IMG/VR virus record: IMGVR_UViG_3300024346_000010
From: a virus
DNA: 64,000 nt
Strand: one strand, 5' to 3'
A program made the translations under genes and the position numbers. Each line of letters starts with the position of its first letter. Positions within the stretch are counted from its first letter, which is position 1. Below the pieces are notes generated by a model that made no database searches, was not told the DNA's origin, and saw only the letters and a program-made list of their open reading frames with translations. This document shows, one piece after another, positions 19,216-27,971 of this stretch.

Positions 19216-20136
19216 TTGGCATTAGAATATTCGTTTTTGGAAAATGGTTGGGTTGTTAGAATACATAACCGAATTCAGGATATGTCTTTAGAAGATAAGC
19301 TTGAAGCACTTGAATTGTTGCGCAAAAACGTTGTTGTTGTGTGGAAAAATCAAAAGCTAACTCCCAGAGAGGAGTTAGACTTTTGTGGATCATTTGGTAG
19401 TTATGATTTTGCAGATGTTGCCGAATATTGGGATAATCTACCGTCCGATCAACAGGATATCTTTATTAAAGAATATCCGGGAATTTTAAGAGTTACAGCA
19501 AAACCTGGTACAAATGGTGGACCTGGACATTTTAGTCATAAAACTGAATTAAAATGGCACAGTGATAGGATTGGGCATCCTGATAGAAGACCTTGTGTTT
19601 GGCTGTATGGCATTACTGATACTACTGGATCAGTAACAAATTTTACCAATAATTTTCTTGCATATAATGCCCTTTCTGAAGAAGAAAAGAATTTCTATGG
19701 CGGATTAAGGGTTTCCCATTATAATACACGATACCAACAAGATAGCGATAGGAGCACTCATGCATGGCGCATCGAAGAAAATCTTATCATAAAAAATATG
19801 GGTATATGGGACAATATTATCGTAGAAAACGATTTTGGGGATAAATCATTTTTCTTTTCCCCATTGCAAGTCGGTTGCATTGAAGGTATGAGCGAAGAAA
19901 AATCTTTAGAAATCGCTGATGAGCTTTTACAATATCTGACTCAACCACAATTCGTGTATTCTCACCAATGGGAAGATGGAGATGTGGTTATTAGTGAACA
20001 AACGTTTAGCATGCATTCTAGAGACGCTTTTAATGATATGGAAAAACGATATTTACACCATATACAATTTAACGTAGAAAAAATTCTGCCAGATTTAAAA
20101 TATCCTGGCTACAACGATAGAGGGCATTTAGTATGA
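19216..20136 (+). CDS. TauD/TfdA-family 2OG-Fe(II) dioxygenase
   Basis: WHSD, G.T.F, H.WEDGDVVI, MHSR, R.LH. Confidence 0.8.
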   Translation: MALEYSFLENGWVVRIHNRIQDMSLEDKLEALELLRKNVVVVWKNQKLTPREELDFCGSFGSYDFADVAEYWDNLPSDQQDIFIKEYPGILRVTAKPGTNGGPGHFSHKTELKWHSDRIGHPDRRPCVWLYGITDTTGSVTNFTNNFLAYNALSEEEKNFYGGLRVSHYNTRYQQDSDRSTHAWRIEENLIIKNMGIWDNIIVENDFGDKSFFFSPLQVGCIEGMSEEKSLEIADELLQYLTQPQFVYSHQWEDGDVVISEQTFSMHSRDAFNDMEKRYLHHIQFNVEKILPDLKYPGYNDRGHLV

Positions 20137-20435
20137 GCGCATTTGATTTAGAAGGTAAACCGTTGCTTAATGAAAACGTAGATTATGAACTTGTTCCCTC
20201 AGAAGGTGAAAATTGGGATATTCGTATTCTATCTGGAGCTTTTACTGAAACGATTCTCAAGTTCACTAAACTTAAAGTGTCAGATGATGAAGAATATATG
20301 ACATTTAACTTTGACGTCGTATCATCCCCTGACGATGAATTGAGTGATTCAAATACTGATTTACAAGACCATGCAAGTATGATATTAGATTCAATATTAG
20401 AGAATGCAGCGCGCGCGCTTGAAAATAAAAAATAA
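20133..20435 (+). CDS. Hypothetical protein (gp40-like position)
   Basis: Acidic 100 aa protein between uvsX and 41. Confidence 0.55.
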   Translation: MSAFDLEGKPLLNENVDYELVPSEGENWDIRILSGAFTETILKFTKLKVSDDEEYMTFNFDVVSSPDDELSDSNTDLQDHASMILDSILENAARALENKK

Positions 20436-20854
20436 TGAAAATCTTGATCTGCGGTCTACCAGGCAGTGGTAAGACCTATCTAGCCCAGCGACTACAGAAA
20501 CAGCTAGAGTGTGCGTGGTACAACGCAGACAGTATTCGTAACATGGCGAACGACTGGGACTTCAGTGGTCCTGGTCGCCGCCGGCAGGCGGAACGTATGA
20601 ACACCTTCGCTAACTTCGAACACAAGCGGGGGCGAACAGTTATCTGTGACTTCGTGTGCCCTACGTGTGAAACCCGTAAAGAGTTTGACGCGGATATTAC
20701 TATTTGGATGGACACTATTACCACCGGGCGATTTGAAGACACAAACAAGATCTTCGAGAATCCCAAGGACTGGGATATTCGCGTGGATAAGTTTGAAACA
20801 GAAGAAGCGATCGAAGAAATAGCAAGAGTGCTAAAGGAAGAATATAATGTTTGA
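20435..20854 (+). CDS. Adenylylsulfate kinase-like P-loop protein
   Basis: GLPGSGKT, NADSIR, DWDFS..GRRRQ, DFVCP, FENP. Confidence 0.75.
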   Translation: MKILICGLPGSGKTYLAQRLQKQLECAWYNADSIRNMANDWDFSGPGRRRQAERMNTFANFEHKRGRTVICDFVCPTCETRKEFDADITIWMDTITTGRFEDTNKIFENPKDWDIRVDKFETEEAIEEIARVLKEEYNV

Positions 20855-21257
20855 TTGGAAGAAGCCCACAGCAGAAATGCTTGGTCGTTGGCAGCCATGG
20901 CATGACGGGCACACCGAGCTATTTAAGAAAGCGCATGCAGATGTAGGCCAAGTGGTTATTATGGTACGTGACGTCGAAGGCATTGTTGGTGAAGATGCCG
21001 GAGGTGGACGTACTGCAACCCAAGATGATAATCCATTTTATTACGATTATGTTTGTGATGCTATTGAAGATGGATTGCGAGAAGAGGGGTTTACACCGGG
21101 CTCTGAATATGTTATTATGAAAGTACCAAACATCGTAGACATTAGCTACGGTCGAGGTGTTGGTTACACATTCACGCAACACGATCTTGGAGAAGAGACA
21201 CATAGTATCTCAGCAACTAAGATCCGTGCTGCAATGCGAGAAAAGGGTGAACTTTGA
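20847..21257 (+). CDS. HxGH nucleotidyltransferase (ATP-sulfurylase-like minimal domain)
   Basis: GRWQPWHDGH, ISATKIR. Confidence 0.7.
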   Translation: MFDWKKPTAEMLGRWQPWHDGHTELFKKAHADVGQVVIMVRDVEGIVGEDAGGGRTATQDDNPFYYDYVCDAIEDGLREEGFTPGSEYVIMKVPNIVDISYGRGVGYTFTQHDLGEETHSISATKIRAAMREKGEL

Positions 21258-22630
21258 TTAATGCAAACATAGAACAAACTGTTCTAAGAAACCTATTGGT
21301 GAATGATGAGTATATGAGGCGTGTACTCCCTTTCATCCAACCCGAATATTTTGAAGGAGTATATCAACAACTATTTCGTGAAGTAGCCAAGTTTGTTGCC
21401 AAGTATAATAAACTGCCTACAGCTGAAGCATTTAAGATTGAACTTGATGATAATCAAACTATGTCTGATGAGCACTATCGTCATGCAGTAGAAATCATCC
21501 CAGAAATCTTTAAGATTGAAGATATTGATGATGAATGGCTTTATAATAAAACAGAGAAGTGGTGTCAAGATCGTGCACTATTCAATGCTGTTATGGAGTC
21601 TATTAGCATTATTGATGGTAAGCATAAGACCCTCACAAAAAATGCTTTGCCTGATATCCTACAAAAAGCTTTGGCGGTTACATTTGATACAAATATTGGT
21701 CATGACTATCTTGAGAATGTTAATGAACGATATGAATTTTATCATTCACAGGAAGAAAAGATCCCATTTGATATCGAATATTTCAATCTAATTACTAAAG
21801 GCGGCCTTGCTAATAAATCACTGAACATTGCTCTTGCTGGCACTGGCGTAGGTAAGTCTCTGTTTATGTGCCATGTTGCAGCTGCAGCCTTGAATGAAGG
21901 CAGAAATGTTCTATATATATCCATGGAGATGAGTGAAGAACGTGTAGCTGAACGTATCGACGCCAACTTGCTTGACATTCCTATCGAACAAATTGATAGT
22001 ATGGATGAGCAGATGTTTAAAGATCGTGTAAACAGTCTTAAGACTAAAACTAATGGTAAACTTATTGTTAAAGAGTATCCAACCGGTTCGGCTAATGCTA
22101 ATCACTTCAGAGCATTGTTGAATGAATTGAAACTTAAAAAAGCCTTTGTTCCAGATATTATCTTTGTAGATTATCTTAATATCTGTGCATCAGCAAGAAT
22201 GAAAATGGGAGGATCAGTAAACAGCTATGCATACATTAAAGCCATTGCTGAAGAACTACGTGGCCTTGCCGTCGAATTCGACTTACCGATCGTCTCTGCA
22301 ACCCAAACGACTCGTACTGGTTATTCTAGTTCGGATCCTGGGCTTGAAGATACCTCCGAGTCTTTTGGACTACCCGCTACCGCAGACCTAATGTTCGCTT
22401 TGGTATCCAGCGAAGAGTTAGATGCACAAGGCCAGATTATGGTCAAACAATTGAAGAATAGATACAACGACCCAAATAAAAACAAACGCTTTGTTGTTGG
22501 TATTGATAGATCTAAGATGAGATTGTTTGATGCTGATGATACTAGCCAAAACTTAATGAAAGACACACCAATGTTTGATCGAACCAATCAGGGTGAAGAT
22601 CAGAAAAAATTTGAAGACTTTAAATTCTAG
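21254..22630 (+). CDS. 41: Replicative helicase gp41
   Basis: AGTGVGKS, SMEM, DYLNIC, SATQTTR, SESFGLPATAD, KQLKNRY. Confidence 0.97.
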   Translation: MINANIEQTVLRNLLVNDEYMRRVLPFIQPEYFEGVYQQLFREVAKFVAKYNKLPTAEAFKIELDDNQTMSDEHYRHAVEIIPEIFKIEDIDDEWLYNKTEKWCQDRALFNAVMESISIIDGKHKTLTKNALPDILQKALAVTFDTNIGHDYLENVNERYEFYHSQEEKIPFDIEYFNLITKGGLANKSLNIALAGTGVGKSLFMCHVAAAALNEGRNVLYISMEMSEERVAERIDANLLDIPIEQIDSMDEQMFKDRVNSLKTKTNGKLIVKEYPTGSANANHFRALLNELKLKKAFVPDIIFVDYLNICASARMKMGGSVNSYAYIKAIAEELRGLAVEFDLPIVSATQTTRTGYSSSDPGLEDTSESFGLPATADLMFALVSSEELDAQGQIMVKQLKNRYNDPNKNKRFVVGIDRSKMRLFDADDTSQNLMKDTPMFDRTNQGEDQKKFEDFKF

Positions 22631-22639
22631 GAGAATATT

Positions 22640-22924
22640 ATGGGAAAGAAAAGACAGAGCACTGGCAACGTATCAAAGGGTGAGCGTCGTTCATCCATTG
22701 GATACGGCAGTCAAGGCGTAACAAACGCAGACAAAATGCTTCGGAAGCTCGATGCACTTGCAAAGGGTAAAGATATTACTATTACCCTCGAAAATCCTAA
22801 CAAAGAGGAAACCAATCGTAGGTTTATTAAATATAAAGTTAGCGGTAAGGCCTATGTGAAATACATTCAAGGCGGGTCTGAAATGAAAGGCGCTCGTAAT
22901 CCTCTTCTTTCGCTGGGAGAATAA
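22640..22924 (+). CDS. Basic hypothetical protein
   Basis: AGGAG RBS; ENPNKEETNRRFI. Confidence 0.7.
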   Translation: MGKKRQSTGNVSKGERRSSIGYGSQGVTNADKMLRKLDALAKGKDITITLENPNKEETNRRFIKYKVSGKAYVKYIQGGSEMKGARNPLLSLGE

Positions 22925-22925
22925 T

Positions 22926-23618
22926 ATGAAATTTGCAAATGAGGCTATGAAAGCCTATTTGGTTGTGCAACCAGCACCAGCAGAAGAATTTAAGGAGCAC
23001 TTCAATGACGCACTCGAGCTTATTGCCTACTGTGCCAGAGTATCTAACCCAGCTAACCAGTTCAACAAAGACACCGGAGAAAGACTTGTCCGATATCTCG
23101 TCAAGCACAAACACTGGTCACCACTCGAAATGTGCAACGCCACAATCGGGATCGACACAACGCGGGACATCGCGCGGCAAATCCTCCGACACAGAAGCTT
23201 CTACTTTCAGGAATTTAGCCAGCGCTACGCCGATCCTAACGACCTTGATGTTTCCTTTGTTCTAAGAGAAGCGCGTCTACAAGATCCGAAGAATCGTCAG
23301 AATAGTATTGAAAGTGACGATCTTGAATTGCAAAAAGCTTGGGTAATGAAACAAACCCAGATTATTCATGAAGCAAAACTAGCGTATCAATGGGCAATTA
23401 TGAATGGTATTGCAAAAGAACAGGCACGTTGTGTTCTTCCTGAAGGCAATACTGTAAGCAAGGTGTATATGAATGGAACACTTCGTTCTTGGGTTCATTA
23501 CATTGAACTACGCTCAGGTAACGGAACACAGAAAGAACACATTGAAGTTGCGCGTGAAGTTGCTAAGGCAATCGCTAAGATCTTCCCAATGGTAGAGGAA
23601 TTTGTACATGATGAATAG
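22926..23618 (+). CDS. thyX: Flavin-dependent thymidylate synthase
   Basis: HWSPLE, RQILRHRSFYFQEFSQRY, EQARCVLP, TQKEH. Confidence 0.95.
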   Translation: MKFANEAMKAYLVVQPAPAEEFKEHFNDALELIAYCARVSNPANQFNKDTGERLVRYLVKHKHWSPLEMCNATIGIDTTRDIARQILRHRSFYFQEFSQRYADPNDLDVSFVLREARLQDPKNRQNSIESDDLELQKAWVMKQTQIIHEAKLAYQWAIMNGIAKEQARCVLPEGNTVSKVYMNGTLRSWVHYIELRSGNGTQKEHIEVAREVAKAIAKIFPMVEEFVHDE

Positions 23619-23820
23619 AAAAATCTCAACGTATTATGCTGATCCTCCTGGCCGAGGTCATTGTGAAGTCCATATGGATTTAAAAGAAGAAATGACCTAT
23701 ATCAAGTACTTTGATGATAACGGTAGAATGTTTTTTACAGAGGATTTCCCTAACAAATCTTTGCGGTATGTCGAGGATGCTGCAGAGAACTGGGCCCTTG
23801 GCATAAAAAAACTAGATTAA
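23611..23820 (+). CDS. Hypothetical protein
   Basis: KSLRYVEDAAENW. Confidence 0.65.
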   Translation: MNRKISTYYADPPGRGHCEVHMDLKEEMTYIKYFDDNGRMFFTEDFPNKSLRYVEDAAENWALGIKKLD

Positions 23821-23833
23821 GCGAAAATAGTTG

Positions 23834-23862
23834 TTTACACTCCTTTTCATATATGGTATAAC
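23834..23862 (+). promoter_or_regulatory. Sigma70-type promoter
   Basis: TTTACA-N17-TATAAC. Confidence 0.7.
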
Positions 23863-23897
23863 AGTTGTAATAATGTAATAATTAATGAGGCAGAACA

Positions 23898-24365
23898 ATG
23901 AAAATCACTAACGCACTATCATTTATGATGACAGTAGCTATAGTAGTTGGTTTTATTATAGGCTGTACATCAGAAGAAGCAAAGGCCAAGGCAGTAAAGG
24001 ATAAAACCTGCCTCGCGCTTAACATCTACCACGAAGCACGTGGTGAACCAATTGCTGGCCAAATCGCAGTTGCACAGGTTACGATGAACCGTGTAGCGCA
24101 TAAAAGCTGGCCAAATAATGTATGTAAAGTAGTATATCAGCGTAAGCAATTTAGCTGGACCCATACGATTAAAGACCATACTCCAAAAGAAACCGAGCAG
24201 TGGGAAATTGCCAAAGATATTGCTGAAAGGGTATATAAAAATGAAGAAGATGACTTTGTACACGGTGCAGTGTTTTACCACGCTGACTACGTAAATCCTT
24301 CGTGGGCAAATGCTTATACTGAAGTAACTAAAATTGGCGCTCACATTTTTTATAAGAAAGACTAA
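23898..24365 (+). CDS. SleB/Hydrolase_2 cell wall hydrolase with N-terminal anchor
   Basis: CLALNIYHEARGE, VAQVTMNR, QFSW, YHADYVNPSW, IGAHIFY. Confidence 0.9.
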   Translation: MKITNALSFMMTVAIVVGFIIGCTSEEAKAKAVKDKTCLALNIYHEARGEPIAGQIAVAQVTMNRVAHKSWPNNVCKVVYQRKQFSWTHTIKDHTPKETEQWEIAKDIAERVYKNEEDDFVHGAVFYHADYVNPSWANAYTEVTKIGAHIFYKKD

Positions 24366-24367
24366 TA

Positions 24368-24901
24368 ATGAAACTATTGATTGTCGGACATGCTCGACAC
24401 GGTAAAGATACTGTAGCAGAATACTTTGAATCAAAATACGGATTGCAGTTTGCATCTTCAAGTATGCATAATGCAGAGCATACTGTATTTCCTGTATTGG
24501 CACCACTATATGGTTATAAGACTGTACAAGAATGTTTTGAAGATCGTGGTAACCATAGATCAGAATGGTATGATCTTATTGCTGCACGCTGTAAAGACGA
24601 TCCTGCTACCATTGGCCGTGAGATCTTTGAGATTTCTGACATCTATGCAGGTCTTCGTAATAAACGTGAATTCCATGGTATCAAGAATGCTGGCTTGATT
24701 GATTGTGCTATTTGGGTAGATCGCTCAGACCATCTTCCACCTGAAGATAAGTCGTCTATGAGTCTAGAACCATGGATGACTGATTATGTTATTGATAATA
24801 ATGGCACTCTAGAACAATTGTATCAAGCCATTGATGCTTTGTATTACACTCTAGCCTATCGTTTTGACGGCTTAGGTCATGAATATGAAATGTATCCTTA
24901 A
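24368..24901 (+). CDS. dNMP kinase-like P-loop protein
   Basis: IVGHARHGKDTVA, IDNNGTL. Confidence 0.7.
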   Translation: MKLLIVGHARHGKDTVAEYFESKYGLQFASSSMHNAEHTVFPVLAPLYGYKTVQECFEDRGNHRSEWYDLIAARCKDDPATIGREIFEISDIYAGLRNKREFHGIKNAGLIDCAIWVDRSDHLPPEDKSSMSLEPWMTDYVIDNNGTLEQLYQAIDALYYTLAYRFDGLGHEYEMYP

Positions 24902-25133
24902 AAAAGCTATTAATTGGTGGCGGATGACTGACCACAAGAATAAGATGGAACAGCGTCAAAAAGAGGTAGAATCTATCTATGAAAAAACCAATAATATACG
25001 GAAAAGAATCTCCGCTCTTAGAAGCAGCCATGGATGGGATAAGAAACCCACTGAAGCTGTACCGGTACCGGAATCCAAACCGTACGTCAAACCCGGACTC
25101 GAGGATATCAAAGCAAAGCTTCGTAAAAAGTGA
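24879..25133 (+). CDS. Hypothetical protein
   Basis: ORF, basic coiled coil. Confidence 0.55.
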   Translation: MNMKCILKKAINWWRMTDHKNKMEQRQKEVESIYEKTNNIRKRISALRSSHGWDKKPTEAVPVPESKPYVKPGLEDIKAKLRKK

Positions 25134-25169
25134 TTTAAAAGTCACAGTATTAAAACTATAATATAGGGG

Positions 25170-25198
25170 TTTACTTAATCCATCCTTTATGTTAATAT
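25170..25198 (+). promoter_or_regulatory. Promoter for tmRNA
   Basis: TTTACT-N17-TAATAT. Confidence 0.6.
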
Positions 25199-25202
25199 AT
25201 AA

Positions 25203-25595
25203 CCTGTAAACGTTGAAGCAACGTGGACACATTCTGGACCTGGGGGCGGTACCCAGCGACTCCACCATAAGGATACACAATGAAACAATATTCAAAAGAA
25301 TATTTAGAGTTTGAACTGAAACACACTAAAGAGTTGGTAGAACTTCATCATAACACAAGAGATGAAGAATTGAGACTTCAAATTTTAGAAGTTAGAAAAA
25401 CTCTTGAGCGTATCTTTTTGATGGGGTCGAAATTAGGATCGACAGGTGTGAAAGTGAAAGTGGAGTTTACCGGATGACTGCGTTATTGGTCAATTAAACT
25501 AAATGCAAATGAAAATTTCGCACCTACAGGTTACGCCCTAGCGGCATAATGCTGGTGGGTATGAGCACCACCTAGAAACAGAACGGACTCGCAAC
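25203..25595 (+). ncRNA. ssrA: Circularly permuted two-piece tmRNA (alphaproteobacterial type)
   Basis: Acceptor piece ending CGACTCCACCA (25267); coding piece starting GGGGTCGAAATTAGGATCGAC (25423); G3:U70 pair; tag ANENFAPTGYALAA* at 25505-25549; outer ends approximate. Confidence 0.9.
25280..25477 (+). CDS. ORF within tmRNA intervening sequence
   Basis: TAAGGA RBS, 65 aa helical ORF running into the coding piece. Confidence 0.5.
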   Translation: MKQYSKEYLEFELKHTKELVELHHNTRDEELRLQILEVRKTLERIFLMGSKLGSTGVKVKVEFTG

Positions 25596-25619
25596 AACTT
25601 TAATTTTATAGGACTAAAA

Positions 25620-25955
25620 ATGAAAAATATTCTCTTGGCAACAGCCGCAACATTCGCTCTTACAACTTCTGCATTTGCAGCTGATCTAGGCTATGCCGGT
25701 GACGTTGAATATGATATTGAAACAGAAACAGCTGCACTTGAATTTGGACCAGCACTTTCAATGGCCGGTTTCCTAGTTGAACCAAAAATGCACGCAGGTG
25801 CTACATTTACAGACGGCGCAACAGTAAACTTTACTGGTGTATCTGCAAAAGCAACATACGGCGTAACTGCTAATGTTTCTGTATATGGTACAGTATCAGC
25901 TGACAAAGACTTTAAATACGACACAGCAACAGTTGGTGTTGGCTTTAACTTCTAA
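25620..25955 (+). CDS. Small outer-membrane beta-barrel protein
   Basis: Signal peptide (..SAFA), alternating beta strands, C-terminal GVGFNF. Confidence 0.75.
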   Translation: MKNILLATAATFALTTSAFAADLGYAGDVEYDIETETAALEFGPALSMAGFLVEPKMHAGATFTDGATVNFTGVSAKATYGVTANVSVYGTVSADKDFKYDTATVGVGFNF

Positions 25956-25998
25956 TAACTGCCTTTGGCACAGGGATAGGCTATACGCCATCCGAATT

Positions 25999-26028
25999 AA
26001 AAGAGCGTCCTTGTGGCGCTCTTTTTTT
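25999..26028 (+). terminator. Rho-independent terminator
   Basis: AAAAGAGCGTC-CTTGT-GGCGCTCTTTTTTT. Confidence 0.75.
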
Positions 26029-26029
26029 A

Positions 26030-26037
26030 CATAAATA
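26030..26037 (+). promoter_or_regulatory. T4-type late promoter variant
   Basis: CATAAATA; similar boxes at 5658, 6306, 7962, 39542, 43207, 57362. Confidence 0.55.
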
Positions 26038-26066
26038 TGAATGTTATTATATTATAGGACTATGCT

Positions 26067-26624
26067 ATGTTTAAAAAATTACTAATTGCAGTGCCATTGA
26101 TTCTTGCTTACTCTTTAGCAGTTGCTGAACCAATTGTTACTGAATCCACAACTGATAGTACTGTTACTTCGAATTCGAATTCAACTACAACTGTCAAAAC
26201 TGCACCACCATCAGCAATTTCACCTTCGATCAATACATCGAATAGTGACACATGTACGATCGGTGTTTCAGGCGCGGTTCAAACACAAATTCTTGGTATC
26301 TCTGCTGGTAAAACAGTTCGTGATATGAATTGTGAACGACTCAAAAATGCAAAAACTTTATATGACATGGGCATGAAAGTTGCTGCCGTGTCTGTTATGT
26401 GTCAAGATTCTAGAATCTTTGATGCTATGATGGATGCTGGCACACCTTGCCCATATGATGGAATGATTGGCGATGCTGCTAAGGAAGCTTGGAAACTAGA
26501 TGAGGGTAAACAACCATCAAATGTAAAACGAAGCACTATTCTGAAAGATATGGATGAAGATGATAAAAGCACTCTTAAAGGTGCCGCTGGTGTTGGTGGC
26601 CTCTTACTCTTATTGCTACTCTGA
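26067..26624 (+). CDS. Secreted Cys-containing protein with hydrophobic C-terminus
   Basis: Signal peptide, PPSAISP, C..GVSGAVQ, NCERLK, GTPCP, C-terminal LLLLLLL. Confidence 0.75.
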   Translation: MFKKLLIAVPLILAYSLAVAEPIVTESTTDSTVTSNSNSTTTVKTAPPSAISPSINTSNSDTCTIGVSGAVQTQILGISAGKTVRDMNCERLKNAKTLYDMGMKVAAVSVMCQDSRIFDAMMDAGTPCPYDGMIGDAAKEAWKLDEGKQPSNVKRSTILKDMDEDDKSTLKGAAGVGGLLLLLLL

Positions 26625-27447
26625 AGTCATAACCGGACAAACCAATAACGCTACTAGCAATGGTTACAGTTGGAATATGGCTGATATATTACCGCCCGAG
26701 GCTGGTATAGAGGTTAGTGGTGTATTTCATCGTTATACTATAACGAAAGATCCATCTACTGATGCCACTGTTGTTATTCGTAATGAAGACGCAATAAATG
26801 GTGGTTATGTATACGAGAGAAACGATAGCTGGGATCAGTTACCCGGAAATACTAAAGTTGGATTTGATCCGATGATTACTAACATTCCAGGTAATAGATG
26901 GGGGCCTGGGGAAATATTTGTGAATGGTGATGGCACAATTAGTGATGCCAATATATCATACACATATCAGTTTGATACTTGTTACAATCCTTTATTAGAT
27001 CCAAGCTGTGATGGATATTTTGATTCTATGTATCAATATTTGTTAGATAATGGGCTTTTAGGCACTATTGATTATGATGATCCATATTATGATGAATTCG
27101 TACAAAGATATTTAGAAGAAAATGCAGAAACCGACCTTGAAGAAACTGAAATTCAAGAAGAAGTGATTACCGAAGAAGAAGAAACTGAAGAAAGATCGTT
27201 GGAAGAGGTGTTAGCTATTACAGGCGCTGCAGAATCGATCGGCGATGCAGCTCAGCAACAAGCTGCTATGGCACAATTAACTAATAGTATTCAATTTACT
27301 CCTTATTATAGCGTCACTATTCAAGGAGGAAAATACGAAGATTCTTTATCATTTGAAGATAAAGATATTCCCGACAACAGAAAAGCATTGAGCAATTTGG
27401 CAAGTCAACAATTGCATAGGGATATGGTTCGTTTACAATATGATTAA
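26560..27447 (+). CDS. Secreted protein with acidic linker
   Basis: Signal-like N-terminus, beta-rich domain, C..P..DPSC, Glu-rich stalk. Confidence 0.7.
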   Translation: MIKALLKVPLVLVASYSYCYSEVITGQTNNATSNGYSWNMADILPPEAGIEVSGVFHRYTITKDPSTDATVVIRNEDAINGGYVYERNDSWDQLPGNTKVGFDPMITNIPGNRWGPGEIFVNGDGTISDANISYTYQFDTCYNPLLDPSCDGYFDSMYQYLLDNGLLGTIDYDDPYYDEFVQRYLEENAETDLEETEIQEEVITEEEETEERSLEEVLAITGAAESIGDAAQQQAAMAQLTNSIQFTPYYSVTIQGGKYEDSLSFEDKDIPDNRKALSNLASQQLHRDMVRLQYD

Positions 27448-27472
27448 TAAGATAAACAATCGGAGAACTAAA

Positions 27473-27970
27473 ATGTTCAATACAAAAACACTTACAGTGG
27501 CGTTTTCGCTATTAGCATCTGCAAGCTTTGCAAATGTTAATATTACGGGCACAGTTCAGTCTAAATGTTCTGTTCATACTGAAACTCAGGGCGTATATGG
27601 TAACCCTACCGCCGACAAACTAAGCACTGCATCTGCAGATGGCGGCGTTGTTCCTCGTATTCGCTACGATGTTTCATTAGCTGATAGCTATATCGCAAAA
27701 ATCTCGTACCCGACATCATTCTCATCATCACCAACTTTGAATGATGTTGTTAACTGGACTGGTACTGTTGCGGTAGATAAAGTTACAGATCCATTAATGT
27801 CAGCATATGAAACAAATAAAGTCGTATACGATAGCACAACCGAATACGATATGACAATTGCCGGTAGCACATGGTTCACTATTGAATCCTCTGCCGAATA
27901 CGGATATAATCAGGCTCTTCCAGGCGGTAACTATACTGCTATCGTAGAAGCCGAATGTATCGCAAAGTAA
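27473..27970 (+). CDS. Fimbrial major-subunit-like secreted protein
   Basis: Signal peptide, VNITGTVQSKCSV, C-terminal LPGGNYTAIVEAEC. Confidence 0.55.
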   Translation: MFNTKTLTVAFSLLASASFANVNITGTVQSKCSVHTETQGVYGNPTADKLSTASADGGVVPRIRYDVSLADSYIAKISYPTSFSSSPTLNDVVNWTGTVAVDKVTDPLMSAYETNKVVYDSTTEYDMTIAGSTWFTIESSAEYGYNQALPGGNYTAIVEAECIAK

Positions 27971-27971
27971 T

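Noticed and set aside
25230-25267. Stand-alone tRNA gene
   Set aside because: Only a T-arm and 3' acceptor strand; its partner strand lies downstream at 25423, so it is a permuted tmRNA
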